DNA of 64,000 nucleotides. Source: a bacterium (GTDB lineage Bacteria > SAR324 > XYD2-FULL-50-16). The notes under the pieces were generated by a model, which was not told the DNA's origin, ran no database searches, and saw only the letters and a program-made list of their open reading frames with translations. How positions within the stretch are numbered: the first letter of the stretch is position 1; each line of letters starts with the position of its first letter. The stretch covers positions 54,498-118,497 of the forward strand of contig JAVVEA010000002.1 in the NCBI GenBank assembly GCA_032250835.1, in the 5' to 3' direction. The position numbers were made by a program, and so were the translations under genes. Shown piece after piece: positions 1-10,147 of the stretch.

Positions 1-978
1 AGGCTTCCAGCCGGTCGCTTCGGTTACCTTGCGGTTATCCGTTAGGTACAAAGGCATGTCCGCAGCTCGATTTTCCGGTACCGCTTCTATGGCGATTTTA
101 TGGCCCGTAGCCTCTTGGCAAAGGCTGGTCAACTCGGCCAAGGAGACACTCACCTCGCGGCCGCCGCCCACATTAAACACCTGCCCATTAAAGCGGTCAA
201 AGCCAGCCAGTTGAAGCTCAACCAAACGAAACAAATCTCGAACATGCAAGAGGTCTCGAACCTGTTTGCCCGTGCCACCATATCCGATGTAGCTTAGCTT
301 CCCCTGCCAATGATGTTTGGCCGCCCACAGGACCACAACTCCTTGGTCAACCTTGCCAAACTGCCAAGGGCCGCACAACACACCACAGCGGTTGATGATC
401 GCCTTAAGACCGTAGGCTTCGATGTATTCGTGGATAAGCAACTCAGAGGCGAGTTTGGTGGTCCCGTACAGAGATCGGGCACCTTCTAAGGGGAATTCTT
501 CGGCAACCCCAGCAACACTGATGCCGGGCATGTTCTGCTGTTCGGCTAGCTCAAAGCGGCTGTCGGACTCAATCAGGGCCAACTGATTCATGGCAGCCAT
601 CGGGTAGACACGGCTGGTGGAGAGAAAAATAAACTTTGCTCCCTTCTTGCGGGCCAACTCCAAGCAATTGATGGTCCCCACCAAATTGGTGTTGATCACG
701 TAGGCAGGGGAGCCGTCCCGACCGGCTAAAACCGAAGGCTCAGCAGAACATTCCAAAATACAATCAATTGGACCTAGGCTATCTAAGTCTTCTGGATTGC
801 GGATGTCTCCGTGGCGAAATTCAATTCCTGCTGCTTTGAGGCGCGAAATATTTAGCTCACTTCCGCGGCGCTTGAGGTTGTCTAAGGCAATGATCTCATG
901 TGAAGGATCCCCTTCTTTTAGCAACAAGGCCAAAGATGAGCCGACGAAGCCACAACCCCCAGTAATTAAAAATCTCAT
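1..978 (-). CDS. NAD-dependent nucleotide-sugar epimerase/dehydratase (CDP-paratose 2-epimerase-like); 3' end lies beyond the window edge
   Basis: Not in the ORF track. Hand translation from ATG at 978 gives MRFLITGGCGFVGSSLALL...DNLKRRGSELN...HGDIRN...ECSAEPSVLAG...NLVGTINCLE...FLSTSRVY, i.e. the extended-SDR GxxGxxG motif. Confidence 0.8.
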   Translation of the reverse strand, partial: MRFLITGGCGFVGSSLALLLKEGDPSHEIIALDNLKRRGSELNISRLKAAGIEFRHGDIRNPEDLDSLGPIDCILECSAEPSVLAGRDGSPAYVINTNLVGTINCLELARKKGAKFIFLSTSRVYPMAAMNQLALIESDSRFELAEQQNMPGISVAGVAEEFPLEGARSLYGTTKLASELLIHEYIEAYGLKAIINRCGVLCGPWQFGKVDQGVVVLWAAKHHWQGKLSYIGYGGTGKQVRDLLHVRDLFRLVELQLAGFDRFNGQVFNVGGGREVSVSLAELTSLCQEATGHKIAIEAVPENRAADMPLYLTDNRKVTEATGWKP

Positions 979-1105
979 AGCCTACTGCTCCGGCGCCCAG
1001 AACTTTCCTGTTCGGTACTAAAAATCGTTGAATAGCCTTAAATTAGGGGGCCCATGGTCTTTTGTAAAGTCATTTCTGACCAAGCAGCAAGCCGTTATCC
1101 CACTC

Positions 1106-4100
1106 CTATGGACGGAACATCAAAAACCCTAAATTATCACTTCCGCTGCTCTGTTTACCAACTCCCAAACGGCCAATTTGGAACCAAGGTTTGACTTCAA
1201 CCCATTGGTTGTTGAAAGACATTTTTTCAGGAGCAAATTCACTAAAATAGGGGAGCAAGGCACCTCCTGCAATAAGCGCATCCTCCTTGCCCAAGGTTTG
1301 TTCTAGGGCTTTAAAAAAGGCTACTGGGTTTTCAAACTTCTGACCGATTAGCGGCGTTATCTTCTCGGCATACAAAGCTCCCAGTGCGCTTTTTTCTAAT
1401 AATTCAAAACGCTGGGAGTCAAGGCGGATGTTTGTCCAGGCCAGGCTATTGGGCCACCAATAATAACCTGACATTTGGTAGCTTGCTAACTCCCCTTTTG
1501 CGCTCCACTGGGCCAGCCAGTCCCGTTGTTCTTGGTTGAGACTAGCACCCGCAATGTACGTTAGGGTTTGGGTTAATTCTTCTAGGTTGTAAAAGGGCCA
1601 ATTTAGTCGGCTATTTATCCGAGGCCAATAGTAGCTAAAGCTAACCTCGTCCTGATACAAGCGCCGAAAAAGCTCAAGGGTTTCGCTACTCATTTTGAAT
1701 CGGCCCGCATTTCGATCCAGTTGGATGGCCACTTCTAAATCAGGAACCTCAGCGAACTGCTGGGTTAATTCTTCTGCTGAAATAGGAATCAGCTTGAAGT
1801 TGCTTGATAAACCTAGCGGTTCTATAACCCCTACGTGGATCCTTTCTTTTAAGAAATACAAAGGAGGCCTCAACGACTGAGCTAACAGGGCTAGTAATTC
1901 AGGCTTAAGCTTAAAACCCGTCTCTAGTTCCAATTTGGACTGTAATTCCCCCAAAGAGCTGACCGGTTCCTTGGTGTAGCGGTCTAGAGCGCGCCAAAGA
2001 ACCATGGCCTGACTAAACTGCGGTAAAACCAGAGGAGAAAAGCGTATACCGCTGATACAGCAGTTCGATTTAGTCCGCTGGTCAAACTGTTTTTTATAGT
2101 TACACCTGGAAACGGGTCCGTCTTCGTCGGCTACAATTGGTTCATAGACATAGCCCGAACAGTTTGGGTCTGCCATACAACGCTGCTGACAAAGCTTGTG
2201 CTGGTTTATGGGCAAAGTCTCGGACTTATATTGTTGGTCGGGGATATCCCAATCAGGAAACACGGCAAACATCTCGAACAGCTTCTTTGCCTCTAGGGTT
2301 TTGGTGAAAACCTGTTCGTCTTTATATTTTTGCCCCGAAAGCGATTCCAAACTGGACAGCATAGCCTTAAGGTCTTGCCTTCGGGAGTTTTCGCTGCTCA
2401 ACTCCAAATAGCCCGAGGGCAACGACTGACCTAGTCGTTCCAGCGACTTCCGATTGATTTCGAATCCGGGTAAAATGACCTTTATATCCGCTAGCAGTAG
2501 TTTCTGCTTATCTACTACCCAGGAACCTTGCTTTCGAAGGCGGCTATATGGATGGCTAGGGCTATACCGCTGCCAACTGACCAACTCCCCTTTTTGAAGC
2601 CCCACCACATCAAGTGTGTATTGGCTATTTGCTTGCTTTTCAACATAGCGAGTGCTTAAGCCCAAAGGGCTCGACAACAGCAGCTCTCCACTATTTTCTT
2701 GGAGTAAAGTAGGCATGTCGTATGAGTTGATCAACTGGACTCGGTCTGCGCCAATTGCTTGTAAAACCAATTCCCCAAAGGGGTCTGAATCCAGCATCCA
2801 AATGGTCTTTTTGCTTTGCTGTTCCGACTCCAGCCGGCTCAGAATCTGCTCAGAAAAAGTTGACCAGGGCCCCATCAGTTTAGCCAACGACTCTCGATTG
2901 GTTACCGGAGACAAACCTGGCCGGTTATTGATCTGTTCCAATCCTTGCTTTTCGCGACTGGCTTCAAATAGCAGGCGATTGGTCATGTCCACACGCCGAA
3001 AGGAGGTGCAGCAACTGTTTGGTTTGATTTCGTTAACTTTTAGTTTCAAGTTGCAGCGAGAATGCCCATCTTTGTAGGTATTTTCTAGCGTTGCCCCCTG
3101 GCAATTTTCACGGTCCCAACAAAGTTGCTGGCAAGCTTGCAAATCGCCTAACCCGACGACGATGCGTTCTAAGTCGCCACCAGGAATATCATAGCCCGGG
3201 TGAACCGCTAGTGAAGTCCAAGGTTGTCGCCAGCGACCCGAGGGCTCAAGCGCATCTATAGCCGCTTCAAAGGTGGGGCGATCTTCGAAAGGACGTCCCA
3301 CCAGGGGCTTGATTGCCTGCACAACCTTGTCCATCTGCGGGCCAGACAACGCTTCCAAGGTTTTCTCAGTGATTTGGTAACCCATCGGCGCCTCCTCACC
3401 AACTGCAGGAATCAAAAGACGGCCTTGCGCCAAAAGGGGTGGCTGATCTAGACCTTCGCCCAAAACCACAAGTTGCCCGTACCAGCCCGATGCCAAGGGA
3501 TAAGCACTATAAAAGATCGCCACCAATATCCAACTATACACGATGACCTGCGTTAGCCTGCTCCGTTTTGCATCGATGTGTTTGACGATCAAAAACCAGC
3601 CGCTTAAGGCTACCAGGAAAAAGAAAGGGACCAGAGAAAAGAGCAGATCAAAACTCGCCGGCCCAAAGAGCCAAAATGCGAGCAGGGTAACAACGATAGC
3701 CACTAGGCCACCCGAATATAGCTGCCAAGCATGGTCTTCGCCTTGAACAACGCGCCCTCGCATCACTACCCAGGGCACCAAGAGTACAGGAACCAGCCAC
3801 AATGCATAGCTTAAGGGGAAGGCCTCCGAAATATCGATGATCGATTGGCTTTGGAAAAAAGACTGAGAAAAAAGACTCCCGATAGGGTATGCGGCCGCAG
3901 ACATCACGCCTAAAGTAGCCAACAAAAAGAAGCTCAAGTAGACACCAACGGCTTCTCTGCGCTTGGGGTGCCCAAAAAACAGAGCCTGCATGAAGACTAA
4001 TAACCCAAGGGCCAATGGAAAACTAAAGGATTCGGACCAAAAGTAGAGCGCCGAAAGATGGGCCGAAACCACCAACCATAAAAAAAGGTACTTGCGGCTC

Positions 4101-4609
4101 AAAAAGGCAATCCAAAGAGTTAGCAGGGCGGACATCGCCAGCAAGCTCCCCAGGATATTTATATGAAAAAATGAAATCGAAACTTCGACCCAGGGAATCC
4201 ACCAATAGACCGGCAAGAAAACAGCAGCAGGCCAAACTTTCTTGGTGGCCAACACCAGCAGACTCGCCCCCAATAAGCCGGTTCCCAAAATTGCCGCTAA
4301 AATAGAAATCAAAAAAAGTTTAGTCCCCGACAATTTGGTCAATTTGGCTGTCTGGTCGACGGCTAAGAGGAAGGCAGTATAACTTGGAGCGAAGTAAGTC
4401 TGGTTGTCACCCAAAGACGGCACTTTGAAACTAACGGTCCAGTCATGATACACTGCGCTTAGATGAGGCCGCGCGTTTTCACTAAATTGCGAAATAATGA
4501 GTTGGTTGTCTTTATACCGCTCATAATTTAGGAGCCCAAACCAAAGGGAGACACAAACAAACAGTAGGGCGGTCTTGAGAAAAAATTTGTAGCGCAATAA
4601 GTTTAACAT
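1106..4609 (-). CDS. Large multi-pass membrane protein: GT-C-like N-terminal TM region plus an extracytoplasmic region with two PAN/apple-like domains
   Basis: 1167-aa ORF. About 380 hydrophobic N-terminal residues, then two Cys-rich units (DIP...CQQxC...C.G...RCNxK...CCxS). Confidence 0.65.
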   Translation of the reverse strand: MLNLLRYKFFLKTALLFVCVSLWFGLLNYERYKDNQLIISQFSENARPHLSAVYHDWTVSFKVPSLGDNQTYFAPSYTAFLLAVDQTAKLTKLSGTKLFLISILAAILGTGLLGASLLVLATKKVWPAAVFLPVYWWIPWVEVSISFFHINILGSLLAMSALLTLWIAFLSRKYLFLWLVVSAHLSALYFWSESFSFPLALGLLVFMQALFFGHPKRREAVGVYLSFFLLATLGVMSAAAYPIGSLFSQSFFQSQSIIDISEAFPLSYALWLVPVLLVPWVVMRGRVVQGEDHAWQLYSGGLVAIVVTLLAFWLFGPASFDLLFSLVPFFFLVALSGWFLIVKHIDAKRSRLTQVIVYSWILVAIFYSAYPLASGWYGQLVVLGEGLDQPPLLAQGRLLIPAVGEEAPMGYQITEKTLEALSGPQMDKVVQAIKPLVGRPFEDRPTFEAAIDALEPSGRWRQPWTSLAVHPGYDIPGGDLERIVVGLGDLQACQQLCWDRENCQGATLENTYKDGHSRCNLKLKVNEIKPNSCCTSFRRVDMTNRLLFEASREKQGLEQINNRPGLSPVTNRESLAKLMGPWSTFSEQILSRLESEQQSKKTIWMLDSDPFGELVLQAIGADRVQLINSYDMPTLLQENSGELLLSSPLGLSTRYVEKQANSQYTLDVVGLQKGELVSWQRYSPSHPYSRLRKQGSWVVDKQKLLLADIKVILPGFEINRKSLERLGQSLPSGYLELSSENSRRQDLKAMLSSLESLSGQKYKDEQVFTKTLEAKKLFEMFAVFPDWDIPDQQYKSETLPINQHKLCQQRCMADPNCSGYVYEPIVADEDGPVSRCNYKKQFDQRTKSNCCISGIRFSPLVLPQFSQAMVLWRALDRYTKEPVSSLGELQSKLELETGFKLKPELLALLAQSLRPPLYFLKERIHVGVIEPLGLSSNFKLIPISAEELTQQFAEVPDLEVAIQLDRNAGRFKMSSETLELFRRLYQDEVSFSYYWPRINSRLNWPFYNLEELTQTLTYIAGASLNQEQRDWLAQWSAKGELASYQMSGYYWWPNSLAWTNIRLDSQRFELLEKSALGALYAEKITPLIGQKFENPVAFFKALEQTLGKEDALIAGGALLPYFSEFAPEKMSFNNQWVEVKPWFQIGRLGVGKQSSGSDNLGFLMFRP

Positions 4610-5187
4610 TCTTCCCCCCTAACTCCATTGAATTTCTTTGGGCCCAACAGCACCCACAGGACGGCAACCCAAAAAATGTACAACGCTTCTTTTAGGAGAA
4701 AATCCCTCATACCGGCGAGATCACAAGACTCAGCGAGCAATGCCGACAGCAGTACAGCGATGCACAACACGCCCAGCTTTTGGTCATAGCCTAAGAAATA
4801 TTTCTTACTCAAAACGAAAGCGGCAAAGATCGGGCCTGATAATAAGAGGAATTCGACGAGTCCATTTCCGGTAATCAAACTCCGACTAAACAGGAACAAC
4901 AAAAAAAGCTCCCCAAGTCCGAGTCCCCACATCCAACCATAGGTTTTAAATAAGGTCCGAGGGATTTGCTCTTTCTTGAAAAAGATTAGTGCGATAAGTA
5001 TGAACCCCGTTCCAAAAAGCGCTAACCATTCCGCTTGGTAACTATTGCGAGAGGCTGCGTACAGCCAAAAGAGCCCGGCAAAAAGCCAACTGGGTCCGGC
5101 CAACCCCAGGCGGCTGCTCTGCCCAGCAACACCCGGCGCTTCAGGCCGCAATTGGGGGGGCGGAGAATTCAACTCATGCTTTGTCAT
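4603..5187 (-). CDS. Hypothetical membrane protein
   Basis: 194-aa hydrophobic ORF overlapping both neighbours in the same orientation. Confidence 0.55.
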   Translation of the reverse strand: MTKHELNSPPPQLRPEAPGVAGQSSRLGLAGPSWLFAGLFWLYAASRNSYQAEWLALFGTGFILIALIFFKKEQIPRTLFKTYGWMWGLGLGELFLLFLFSRSLITGNGLVEFLLLSGPIFAAFVLSKKYFLGYDQKLGVLCIAVLLSALLAESCDLAGMRDFLLKEALYIFWVAVLWVLLGPKKFNGVRGEEC

Positions 5188-7426
5188 ACCTAACTCTTAG
5201 GAAAGACTCACTCAGTAACAAACCAATTCCGAATAGCCAAGGTATCTGGCCTAGGAGCACTACCCAAGGGAATCCATTTTTATATTCAAAACGCACCTGA
5301 TGGCTTCCCGCTTTAAGGGGGAGGGCCTGGAAAGCGTAATTACCCCAATATAGGGTTGCTGGTTGTCCGTCCACATACACCTCCCAATCTTGATCGAAGT
5401 TCTCACTTCGTACTAGGTACCCGTCTACCTCTTGATCGACTTCTATGACTACTTGGCGAATCCCCGATAGTCCAGCGACCGGGGCTAGTGGCTCAAATCG
5501 AGTTCCGGGGCGAGAGGTCTTCGCTAGATCCGGTGGTATCTCATCGGGTTCGAAGAAAAAGACCTCGGTCGGATTTTCGGCCCGGTAGTAATCTAAAAGA
5601 CTCTGAAGAGCGTTTGCTCGGCACTCCACTTGATTTAAACAGGTTTCGGGGACCACCCTGGCCCCATCGACCCAAAAAAAGATGGGGAAGTCATTGGCAA
5701 ATAGCCGCTCGCGCGCCTTAAAACGCTCGGGCTGTTCCTGGTTCAGTCGTCTAAAGTCCGTGCGCGCTTCAAACACCAATTTCATTAACTGCTCAGTGCG
5801 CGGAGGGTAGTTGATGAAGTTGGGCTGGGCAGAGGTTACACAGGCCCTACGATGTTGCCATGGCCAACCAGGCTCATTTATCGGCGGAATAACACAGTCT
5901 CGTGTTTTTGGGTACCGGATTGGCGTAAGTTTTGGTGCCTGAAAATCCACTGCCAGTTTGTTTAAAGACGCTGTTTGGTGGATTGACTGGAGTGATAGCA
6001 TCAAAATCAAAACTCCTGCCCAACGGAACCTCGGTGCCAGGAATGGCGTTAGTAGTCCGCTCCCGATCGCAGCCACCCCATACTGGAAATCGGCCCTAGA
6101 CCAAAAGGGTAGTTCACTATTTGACCACAAGCAGCTTAAGAGCAGCAGGGCTCCTATTTCAATCCACAAAAACTGATGCCATCTGGTTTGCCTGCGCGCC
6201 CAGAGCGCAAAACCACTCCCAGCCAGCAAGACAACAAAAAGTGTAAAGAAATTCATCAAAAACAAATAGTGCCTCAACACGTTTAACAAAGGAATTCTGG
6301 ACAAAACCTCAAACAAAGGGCCATTGCGGCCAATAAAAACCAGAAAAAAAAGCAGCGACATCAAGACTACGGCCTTGGTTTCCGCCCGACGCCAACCAGA
6401 CAACCCGACTAAACAAAAAAACAGGGAAAATCCCCCTAAATAATGCCATGCATGGAGCGGCGTATTAACCGAGCGATCCAACCAAATTGCGTTTAAATCG
6501 CTTGCCCGGCCATGGTGCCCCCTCACGCCTTCTGACAGCGAAAGGTCCGATTCCACGCTTTTCAGCCCCTGCTGGACTCCTCGATTATTCTGCTGTAACT
6601 TTTTGATTTGATGCAAATAAAACAAGTTTGGGCTCATCGCCAACAGCACCAAAAGAGCCGATAAGGCCAAAGCAATCTTAGAGCGCGAGATTCTAAACCA
6701 AAGGTTTGCAAGCTCCAATCCCCGCACCCCCGAAAGCATTCCGGCCAAGGCAAACCCGATGATTCCGATCAGAGGTCCGGTGGGAAAGTAGAAAAAGAGA
6801 CTGTTGGCGGCAAATAAGGTACCTATAAGCAAGCTTTGGGGGCGTCCGGTCCTCAACCAACCTAGCAAGAACACCAGCGCCAGTGGGAAGGTTGCTACCT
6901 GGGCGGCAAAGGCTTGGATCATCGAATGGGGCAATAGATCCGAAAAAAGAGCCAATGCCAAAACGAACAGTGCGCCCCGCCCGCTCTTAAACAGAGTCCA
7001 AGATAAAAACGCCAACCCTACAGATAAGGCCAATACTTGGTTTAAAACCATCAGATTGGCGATTTGCCCTGCCCCAACCTGATAGCCGCATACCCAGTGC
7101 ATCAATGCCCAAAAGGGCACGTCTGAAAAAAGCCCAAAGGTGATTGGCCTGCCCAATCCGTTATACGGATTCCAGCCACTTAAAGACGCCCATGCCCCCA
7201 AAAGCCCCTGGTTGCCCACCAGAAACTGTACGTCCTCAAACAACAAAGCATAGCTAGACACATCATGGGTCAAACTGGCCGTTCCCAATACAAAAGAGAG
7301 CCGTAAAACCCCAAAAAAGGCTATCAATCCACTGATCCGCCTGGAGAGCCAACGATGATTTAAAAATCGAAAACTAAACCAAGCCCAAAACCCCAGCGTA
7401 GCAATCCAAATCCCAGCAGCAATCAT
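5174..7426 (-). CDS. YfhO-family (GT-C) membrane protein
   Basis: Polytopic N-terminus with WNPYNGLGRP; C-terminal GYLVRSENFDQDWEVYVDGQ...NYAFQALPLKAGSHQVRFEY as in YfhO-family proteins. Confidence 0.8.
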   Translation of the reverse strand: MIAAGIWIATLGFWAWFSFRFLNHRWLSRRISGLIAFFGVLRLSFVLGTASLTHDVSSYALLFEDVQFLVGNQGLLGAWASLSGWNPYNGLGRPITFGLFSDVPFWALMHWVCGYQVGAGQIANLMVLNQVLALSVGLAFLSWTLFKSGRGALFVLALALFSDLLPHSMIQAFAAQVATFPLALVFLLGWLRTGRPQSLLIGTLFAANSLFFYFPTGPLIGIIGFALAGMLSGVRGLELANLWFRISRSKIALALSALLVLLAMSPNLFYLHQIKKLQQNNRGVQQGLKSVESDLSLSEGVRGHHGRASDLNAIWLDRSVNTPLHAWHYLGGFSLFFCLVGLSGWRRAETKAVVLMSLLFFLVFIGRNGPLFEVLSRIPLLNVLRHYLFLMNFFTLFVVLLAGSGFALWARRQTRWHQFLWIEIGALLLLSCLWSNSELPFWSRADFQYGVAAIGSGLLTPFLAPRFRWAGVLILMLSLQSIHQTASLNKLAVDFQAPKLTPIRYPKTRDCVIPPINEPGWPWQHRRACVTSAQPNFINYPPRTEQLMKLVFEARTDFRRLNQEQPERFKARERLFANDFPIFFWVDGARVVPETCLNQVECRANALQSLLDYYRAENPTEVFFFEPDEIPPDLAKTSRPGTRFEPLAPVAGLSGIRQVVIEVDQEVDGYLVRSENFDQDWEVYVDGQPATLYWGNYAFQALPLKAGSHQVRFEYKNGFPWVVLLGQIPWLFGIGLLLSESFLRVRYDKA

Positions 7427-7448
7427 TGTCCGGCCTCGGTTCTATCCA

Positions 7449-8741
7449 TTAGGTGGTGCGGTGCATCTGCTTTCGTTCAAATTGATAGGCCAACGCCAGC
7501 GACATAACTGCTAGCACCAGATTACAATAAAAAATAACATCCAATACGTTTAGCAAGCTCTGGTGTGATTGATATATCCAGACCACTTGAACAATGGCTC
7601 CAATGAGCAATATAAAGATCGAAGCAAGACCCCCGCGAGCCATATTGTAGGTCATCAGGACCATCAACAAAGCCATAGGGAAAACAGCCATCACAAATTT
7701 GGGAATCAGCGCCACAGAGGTCAGAAATTTGGCCCCAAAGAGCATTGAAACGAGCATTTCAGAAAAAAAGAAAAAGGCCAGAGCCCCACTACCAGACAGT
7801 AACGCCGTCAGACCCAAGGCTTTTATCAAAAGGTGAAAACTCCCTTCTTGCTTGGCACTGTTGGCTGCCACCATTGGGAATAAGGACAAAATCAAGGCTC
7901 CAGGCAGATACATCAGCGCCTTACTCACAATTGCGGCAGAGCTATAATAGCCCGCCTCTTCGGGGCTAAAGAGAGCTTTGACCAAAATTATATCCGACTG
8001 CGAAATCACCATAAACGCCGCATTGCCCATCAGCAGTGGCCAAACCTCTCGGAGCAGTTCCCGGCCCTTAATCGCACTAAAGGTGATCCCAAAGCGAAGG
8101 TTTTGTTTAATTTTCGGCACCACCAAGAAACTAGCCAAAAAAGTAGCTACGATCGTAGCGCCTAAAACCCCATTCAGCCCAAACCCCAATAACACAGCAC
8201 TAGCACCGAAAACTACCCTCAAAACCGGAAACCCAGCGGCGATGGCCGAAAGGGTTCCGAAGGCCTGAAACCCTTGCAGCACGCCCGAATTGATCGGCAT
8301 CGCCGTGTTGAATAAAAAGGCACCACACATGAATATCACCGGGAGAATCCCCGGGATTTGAAGGTAGGACGAAATTTGAGGTGATAGCATTGCGCCAATC
8401 AGGCTAACTACTAAGCCCACCAAGAAAATATTCCGGTAACTCCTCAGTATCAGACTATTGGCTATATCTCGTTCTTCTCGTGCTAGATGCTGCGAAATCC
8501 GTTTGGCAAGGTAGTGTGTGACCGTAGCAAAAGGCACCCCAGCAAGGGCCATAAAGGCAAAGAGAGCGTTCATGGCACCGTAATCGGACACACTCAACAT
8601 GCGCCCCATCACCACCTGAAACAAATAAGAGAAAACATTCCCTAACATGGTACCGGAGAAGAGTACCATGGTTGAGCGCACCAGGGGGCTCTCCAATAAT
8701 TTGGTAGCAAAAAACAATCTAACGGTTTGAGAGCGTTTCAT
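7449..8741 (-). CDS. Oligosaccharide flippase (Wzx/MOP superfamily)
   Basis: Multi-TM 430 aa with motifs GNVFSYLFQVVMGRMLSVSDYG and SDIILVKALFSPEEAGYYSSA. Confidence 0.85.
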   Translation of the reverse strand: MKRSQTVRLFFATKLLESPLVRSTMVLFSGTMLGNVFSYLFQVVMGRMLSVSDYGAMNALFAFMALAGVPFATVTHYLAKRISQHLAREERDIANSLILRSYRNIFLVGLVVSLIGAMLSPQISSYLQIPGILPVIFMCGAFLFNTAMPINSGVLQGFQAFGTLSAIAAGFPVLRVVFGASAVLLGFGLNGVLGATIVATFLASFLVVPKIKQNLRFGITFSAIKGRELLREVWPLLMGNAAFMVISQSDIILVKALFSPEEAGYYSSAAIVSKALMYLPGALILSLFPMVAANSAKQEGSFHLLIKALGLTALLSGSGALAFFFFSEMLVSMLFGAKFLTSVALIPKFVMAVFPMALLMVLMTYNMARGGLASIFILLIGAIVQVVWIYQSHQSLLNVLDVIFYCNLVLAVMSLALAYQFERKQMHRTT

Positions 8742-8807
8742 GGCACCGAATTAAGGGATAAACGTTAAGGCGAGCCGCCCTTTGAACCTAAAGATTTACG
8801 GCTATAC

Positions 8808-9254
8808 CTAAGGCAACAGGATCCAACGATCCTGGGCGACTCCTAGCAACCAACCGGTATAGCTGTAATATAGAGGATGTAAACCTGATGCCATATAGCT
8901 GCCCAGGTCAAAGCCGATATGGATCGTGAACGAAAAACCTAAAAGTAGCAATGGCCATGCCCTTTTGGAATACTTCCAACCGATCCACATCAGAGCTAAA
9001 GCCAGTTCCACACTGTGCAGAGGCAAAAAAGGGTATGGGCTATCAAACAAAGCTCCATCAAGCAACCTTTGAACCGCTATGGTGGGCTTGGTGATCAGAT
9101 GTATAAAATGATCACTATCAATACCCCAACTGCCTGCAAACACGACCAGCAAACCAGCCTTATTCCACCTATTATAGGCCAGTACGAACAAAGGGGCCGC
9201 CACTGCCAAGTGCAGTAACATATGAGTTATCAAGAAGGTTTGATAACCGCTCAT
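8808..9254 (-). CDS. Small membrane protein, putative metal-dependent hydrolase (YdjM-like); start revised to ATG 9254
   Basis: TGATG overlap with the upstream GT2 stop. H...DxDH...LHS...HxxxD pattern among TM helices. Confidence 0.55.
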   Translation of the reverse strand: MSGYQTFLITHMLLHLAVAAPLFVLAYNRWNKAGLLVVFAGSWGIDSDHFIHLITKPTIAVQRLLDGALFDSPYPFLPLHSVELALALMWIGWKYSKRAWPLLLLGFSFTIHIGFDLGSYMASGLHPLYYSYTGWLLGVAQDRWILLP

Positions 9255-10147
9255 CACCTTTTTCTGGTCAAAAACTTTAACCCCACCATAAACCGCAGGA
9301 AGTACATTCCCAGGCTCAAAAAAGGGTGAGCAGCAAGGCGCAGCCACTTGCCATGCTCGATAAAGACCCCGCAAAACCGGTAAGCGGGGCTGAATTGCCG
9401 CCGGATGTCCGGGTCGTCGGCTCCCCATTTTTGAATATATCCGTCAAAGGATTGGGCGTAGTAGCCTTTCTTTTTGAGGTAGGCCGTAAGGTCAAATTCA
9501 GCCTCGTTATGGTAGACCACCGCGCCGTAATCAGCAGGGTCAACACCGCGTTCCAGCAACAGGGTTTTGATTTCAGGGGATTGAGCGGCGCTGGGGGCCA
9601 GCAACAATCCGATTGACCCGATCTGCTTGAACTTCTTGTCCAAGTCCCAATCTTCAGGACCGCTCATACTCTCATCAAAGCCGCCGATCTCGGCCAGTTT
9701 TTCTTTAGAGAAAAACCGGGCCCCATCGATCACGGTGCCATCATAAAAACGACGCTCAAAACGGCGCACTTGGCTAAAGAAATTTTTGCCCAAAACGATC
9801 TCAGGCAAATGCAACGCCACATGCCCGCCTTCTAACATCAGCTTGACTGCTTCTTCGATCAGGTTTGATGCCAAGATCATGTCGGCATCAATAAACATCA
9901 GCAACTCGCCTTGAGACTTTTCCAGTAGGCCGTAATTACGTTGCGCCGAACGCTCCGGGCCTTTGTCAAAGACTAGGTCAGTGTATTTGCGGGCTCTTTC
10001 TTTGGTGTCGTCGGTGGACTGGTTGTCCACCACGATGGTCTCGATCGGCTGGTAGGTTTGGGCGGCAATGCTAGCCAAACAATGGTCGATGTTTTTGGCC
10101 TCGTTTTTGGTGGTGATCACCAAAGAGACCAGAGGCCTTGGCGACAT
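9254..10147 (-). CDS. Glycosyltransferase family 2
   Basis: VSLVITTKNE...VVDNQSTD...QRNYG...FIDADM...GFDE...EDWDL. Confidence 0.9.
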   Translation of the reverse strand: MSPRPLVSLVITTKNEAKNIDHCLASIAAQTYQPIETIVVDNQSTDDTKERARKYTDLVFDKGPERSAQRNYGLLEKSQGELLMFIDADMILASNLIEEAVKLMLEGGHVALHLPEIVLGKNFFSQVRRFERRFYDGTVIDGARFFSKEKLAEIGGFDESMSGPEDWDLDKKFKQIGSIGLLLAPSAAQSPEIKTLLLERGVDPADYGAVVYHNEAEFDLTAYLKKKGYYAQSFDGYIQKWGADDPDIRRQFSPAYRFCGVFIEHGKWLRLAAHPFLSLGMYFLRFMVGLKFLTRKR

